A stretch of DNA of 64,000 bases from Octopus sinensis (lineage: Eukaryota), in contig NC_042999.1 in NCBI RefSeq assembly GCF_006345805.1, forward strand, positions 12,648,001-12,712,000, read 5' to 3'. The position numbers and the translations under genes are program-made. This document shows, piece by piece, positions 63,801 through 64,000 of the stretch (within the stretch, counting starts at the first letter, position 1; each line of letters starts with the position of its first letter). Under the pieces are notes generated by a model, which worked only from the letters and a program-made list of their open reading frames with translations, ran no database searches and had not been told where the DNA came from.

Positions 63801-63942
63801 GTCTTCACACTTTCTGGAAATGGATGCCAAGAATGTTACTGTAGCCAAGGGGATATACTGTGTAAAACAGTCGACTCCTGTGATAAACTTGATTGCAGGA
63901 ATGTCATAACACCAAAAGGAAAATGCTGTCCTCAGTGCAAAG
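4194..63942 (+). CDS. Partial multi-exon gene (18 exons, 5' and 3' ends outside window): extracellular-type protein with 2 degenerate tyrosinase-like domains, G(F/Y)(D/N)xx repeats, EGF, Kunitz and >=4 VWC domains
   Basis: Manual splicing gives GT-AG introns with matching phases at all 17 junctions (2,2,1,1,1,1,1,2,1,2,2,1,1,0,1,0,1), 5140 coding nt with no stop. Domains split across exons rejoin correctly (Kunitz, VWC, tyrosinase). Confidence 0.9.
5365..5745 (-). mobile_element. Two adjacent degenerate tRNA-derived SINE copies
   Basis: Both carry ggcaaagt(c/t)(a/g)ac...atttgaactcagaa, the reverse-strand B-box region, as in the copies at 37683 and 43177. Confidence 0.65.
6385..6747 (+). CDS. 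Exon 2: tyrosinase-like domain 1, N-terminal part (RKEIRD...[12 protein letters not shown]...LPYFDF...FFGGDG)
   Basis: Acceptor ttttcctag, donor AG|GTGACT (phase 2). CuA-type H-x8-H motif. Confidence 0.93.
7349..7893 (+). CDS. Exon 3: tyrosinase-like domain 1, C-terminal part (CLKRNF...IHSFVGGDM...YDPLFY...WQ) and first GYD repeats
   Basis: Acceptor tttttaacag, donor G|GTAAGT (phase 1). ORF 7407-7901. Confidence 0.93.
9084..9306 (+). mobile_element. RTE-family 3'-end copy
   Basis: aaaaagcacc...ggttggcgttaggaagggcatccagc...catgctagcatggaaa...(gat)n. Confidence 0.8.
9779..9890 (-). ncRNA. Hammerhead ribozyme-like motif (Penelope type)
   Basis: Minus strand CTGAAGA, stem II GGCCGTGA/TCACGGCC, GAAA, palindromic stem III ACAG/CTGT, GUC triplet. 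Stem I has only 2 bp. Confidence 0.6.
10310..11460 (+). mobile_element. Degenerate RTE-clade LINE RT/C-terminal fragment
   Basis: VKVGVPQG, a following YADDLV motif (tatgctgatgatctagtc) and RRYGHVMYM; multiple stops and frameshifts. Confidence 0.8.
12595..14160 (-). mobile_element. hAT (Charlie/Buster, ZBED5/SCAND3-like) transposase pseudogene with one TIR
   Basis: HRQHLVAK...IFRQLC...[13 protein letters not shown] and [13 protein letters not shown] on the minus strand. CAGTGTTTCCCAAAC TIR-like end at 12595. Confidence 0.85.
14679..14876 (+). mobile_element. RTE-family 3'-end copy followed by long (TA)n/(TACA)n
   Basis: Same 3' consensus and (TGA)n tail. Confidence 0.8.
14877..15047. repeat. 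Compound (TA)n/(TACA)n microsatellite; similar tracts at 296-328, 1760-1838, 8030-8110, 25707-25876 and elsewhere
   Basis: Direct inspection. Confidence 0.95.
15470..15658 (+). CDS. Exon 4: G(F/Y)(D/N)xx pentapeptide repeats
   Basis: Acceptor tttctgcag, donor G|GTTAGT. Translates [36 protein letters not shown]. Confidence 0.9.
16648..16890 (+). CDS. Exon 5: GYD repeats and CNYSFKGPF linker
   Basis: Acceptor atccatttcag, donor G|GTAAGT. Matches CNYYFNGPF in exon 11. Confidence 0.9.
18690..19830 (-). mobile_element. 5'-truncated CR1-like LINE (RT C-terminal part and 3' UTR)
   Basis: [14 protein letters not shown]...KYADDIKL...VDKC...DLGVIVDS.L...[13 protein letters not shown]. The two ORFs are in one frame, separated by a TAG where Trp is expected. 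Confidence 0.9.
20380..20625 (+). CDS. Exon 6: Cys-rich module copy 1 (CPC...[28 protein letters not shown]...VDC)
   Basis: Acceptor ttttgtcag, donor G|GTAAGT. Cys spacing matches exons 12+13. Confidence 0.9.
21604..21762 (+). CDS. Exon 7: EGF-like domain and start of Kunitz domain
   Basis: [12 protein letters not shown]...[12 protein letters not shown] is the EGF consensus. Acceptor cttaacag, donor G|GTAAGT. Confidence 0.93.
21905..22695. repeat. 123-bp inverted repeat pair (21905-22027 and 22573-22695)
   Basis: The arms are reverse complements with 2 mismatches. Confidence 0.9.
22716..23701 (-). mobile_element. Solo LTR (986 bp), Ty3/Gypsy-like
   Basis: TG...CA ends, 10/11 terminal inverted match (TGTAGGAATAT / TGTAGCAATAT), CTAG TSD at 22712-22715 and 23702-23705. 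It interrupts an RTE tail. Strand is inferred from a minus-strand TATA-like ATAAATA (~23480) and AATAAA (~22906). Confidence 0.75.
24771..24978 (+). CDS. Exon 8: Kunitz/BPTI domain, GACC motif, start of GYD repeats
   Basis: GSC...RWYF...[17 protein letters not shown]. Acceptor tcttttacag, donor AA|GTAAGA (phase 2). Confidence 0.93.
26320..26580 (+). mobile_element. Mariner transposase fragment (pseudogene)
   Basis: LEDEP...LKTLVEQN...ELAEKL...[17 protein letters not shown] contains the mariner WVPHEL motif and an internal stop. Confidence 0.85.
26596..27229 (+). mobile_element. Non-autonomous Helitron
   Basis: A|TC start, cccgagcaacgccggg hairpin, CTAG|T end. Its 3' ~100 bp are nearly identical to those of 3540-3921. 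Confidence 0.8.
27625..27965 (+). mobile_element. SINE with tRNA-like head and RTE-type tail (degenerate)
   Basis: Head ...gcttcccaatcacgtggtttcaagttcagtctcactg; tail aggaagggcatccagctgtagaaa. Reverse copies near 53310-53690, 58300-58600 and 60880-61200. Confidence 0.6.
28289..28398 (+). CDS. Exon 9 (not in ORF track): [10 protein letters not shown]...NGYDWH
   Basis: Acceptor aactttcag, donor G|GTGAGG. Phases 2/1 bridge exons 8 and 10, and it contains GFN/GYN/GYD units. Confidence 0.82.
29424..29645. mobile_element. piggyBac-type MITE (~220 bp)
   Basis: CCCTTTTGTTACCA ... TGGTATCAAAAGGG|TTAA. Related copies at ~5834-6035, 17833-18035, 58625-58834 and 59772-59985. Confidence 0.75.
30009..30174 (+). 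CDS. Exon 10: GYD repeats
   Basis: Acceptor tctctattgcag, donor AG|GTGAGA (phase 2). ORF 29981-30178. Confidence 0.88.
32411..32727 (-). mobile_element. Young-looking RTE-family 3'-end copy
   Basis: (atc)n tttagcgtccgctttccatgctagc...; very similar to 2026-2487 and 52848-53019. Confidence 0.85.
33333..35108 (+). CDS. Exon 11 (1776 nt): Cys-module C-half, half-VWC, complete tyrosinase-like domain 2, GYD repeats, linker
   Basis: 580-aa ORF 33370-35112. Acceptor tttttacag, donor AG|GTAAAC (phase 2). Motifs RKEIRD, FLPWHR, PYYDW, FFGGNG, CLRRHF, WVGGHM, YDPLFY. Confidence 0.95.
35470..36060 (-). mobile_element. Internally deleted RTE LINE fragment
   Basis: WFGQVMHMD...CIQKC (C-terminal region) joined to [20 protein letters not shown] (pre-RT linker). 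Confidence 0.75.
37683..37895 (-). mobile_element. tRNA-derived SINE with 16-bp TSD, inserted in a piggyBac-type MITE
   Basis: TSD acaccagttaaataat at 37667-37682 and 37896-37911. Minus-strand B-box GAGTTCAAATTCC. Confidence 0.85.
38775..39100 (+). mobile_element. Penelope-like element GIY-YIG endonuclease remnant
   Basis: C..C...NC...NVVYSLRC...YFGEM...S.L.EH...VKVL resembles the PLE VVY-C-YIGET-H pattern. Runs into the gap. Confidence 0.6.
39111..39210. other. Assembly gap (100 N)
   Basis: Run of exactly 100 N; true size unknown. Confidence 0.99.
39211..42642. repeat. Minisatellite, 34/36-bp unit (AC)5-6 AAGAC ATACATACAT AAAACTCAT, roughly 100 copies
   Basis: Unit measured at 40745-40778 (34 bp) and 40779-40814 (36 bp). 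Confidence 0.95.
43177..43379 (+). mobile_element. tRNA-derived SINE with 17-bp TSD and a deleted B-box
   Basis: TSD aatatttggctggaaat at 43160-43176 and 43380-43396. Confidence 0.85.
43462..51179. repeat. Tandem satellite, 64-bp unit, about 120 copies, with an internal 24-bp palindrome
   Basis: Unit gcttcaaattgtttcagctatttatcaatattgatccttaaggatcaatatctgtgatatttat; period 64 measured at 43531/43595. Confidence 0.97.
51194..51288 (+). CDS. Exon 12: Cys-rich module copy 2, N-half
   Basis: Acceptor tgcattttacag, donor G|GTAAGA. FCLE...[21 protein letters not shown]. Confidence 0.88.
52525..52626. repeat. Near-perfect fold-back hairpin (~50-bp arms)
   Basis: Arms are complementary except for a 2-nt bulge; the centre reads actttCTaaagt. 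Confidence 0.9.
52848..53019 (-). mobile_element. RTE-family 3'-end copy
   Basis: Same consensus and (ATC)n tail on the + strand. Confidence 0.85.
53767..53859 (+). CDS. Exon 13 (not in ORF track): Cys-rich module copy 2, C-half ([20 protein letters not shown]...VVEC)
   Basis: Acceptor tgtttctag, donor G|GTACTT. Completes the module seen intact in exon 6. Confidence 0.88.
53917..57300 (-). mobile_element. Near-full-length degenerate RTE-clade LINE (APE + RT, internally deleted), antisense to the host gene
   Basis: [16 protein letters not shown]...VGIL and DFNRHIG; RT region ...AFDRV; C-terminal HGSEIW...[10 protein letters not shown]; 3' UTR tandem units and (TGA)n tail. The YADD segment is missing and the 5' boundary is approximate. 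Confidence 0.9.
58149..58228 (+). CDS. Exon 14: VWC1 N-half
   Basis: Acceptor ttttcaag, donor AAG|GTAAGG (phase 0). GCKDE...[12 protein letters not shown]. Confidence 0.85.
59533..59626 (+). CDS. Exon 15: VWC1 C-half
   Basis: Acceptor atttcttcag, donor G|GTAAGC. ...GECCPSC. Confidence 0.88.
60040..60262 (-). mobile_element. SINE with tRNA-derived Pol III head, (AAT)n spacer and hammerhead-containing tail
   Basis: A-box TGGCATAGTGG and B-box-like GAGTTCGATTCC on the minus strand, upstream of the hammerhead. Confidence 0.7.
60078..60123 (-). ncRNA. Minimal hammerhead ribozyme-like motif (U16.1>C in this copy)
   Basis: GACAC CTGATGA A GGCTG-10nt-CAGCC GAAA CG CT GTGTT: 5-bp stem I, 5-bp stem II, cores intact. 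Confidence 0.65.
60414..60661 (+). CDS. Exon 16: VWC2 and N-half of VWC3
   Basis: Acceptor atatttcag, donor TTG|[21 protein letters not shown]...ECCPTC. Confidence 0.92.
61215..61900 (+). mobile_element. Degenerate RTE (BovB-like) LINE C-terminal fragment
   Basis: [10 protein letters not shown] and HLHWIGHL...[11 protein letters not shown]. Confidence 0.7.
62884..62977 (+). CDS. Exon 17 (not in ORF track): VWC3 C-half ([31 protein letters not shown])
   Basis: Acceptor gatattgcag, donor G|GTAACA. Confidence 0.9.
63763..63942 (+). CDS. Exon 18: VWC4; gene continues beyond window
   Basis: Acceptor tttcttgtag, donor G|GTAAAA (phase 1). [13 protein letters not shown]...KCCPQC. Confidence 0.9.
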
Positions 63943-64000
63943 GTAAAATCCCATTCAGTTGAGTAATTAAGCTTTCTCTCATTATCGTGTCTGCTGCATT

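Overview
Eukaryotic, AT-rich, repeat-dense genomic DNA. The RTE LINE, tRNA-derived SINE and MITE families suggest an octopod (Octopus) genome; this is an inference. The whole window lies inside one large + strand gene that is open at both ends. I reconstructed 18 GT-AG exons with consistent splice phases between 4194 and 63942 (5140 nt, about 1713 codons, no in-frame stop), plus a probable 39-nt micro-exon at 1230-1268. The product looks like an extracellular modular protein with an internal duplication. Domain order: [C-half of GACC-type Cys module, half-VWC, tyrosinase-like domain 1, G(F/Y)(D/N)xx repeats, linker, Cys-rich module], EGF, Kunitz, GACC N-half, G(F/Y)(D/N)xx repeats, [C-half, half-VWC, tyrosinase-like domain 2, G(F/Y)(D/N)xx repeats, linker, Cys-rich module], then at least 4 VWC domains. 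Both type-3 copper domains keep the fold motifs but lack most canonical copper-binding His, so they look like pseudo-tyrosinases. The introns hold a 7.7-kb palindromic 64-bp satellite that abuts a splice acceptor, a 3.4-kb 34/36-bp minisatellite next to a 100-N gap, RTE and CR1 LINEs, piggyBac, hAT and mariner remnants, Helitrons, a solo LTR, tRNA-SINEs, two hammerhead-ribozyme-like motifs and several local inverted or direct duplications. There are no rRNA genes, intact tRNA genes or CRISPR arrays. Most short ORFs in the track are microsatellite or TE artefacts.
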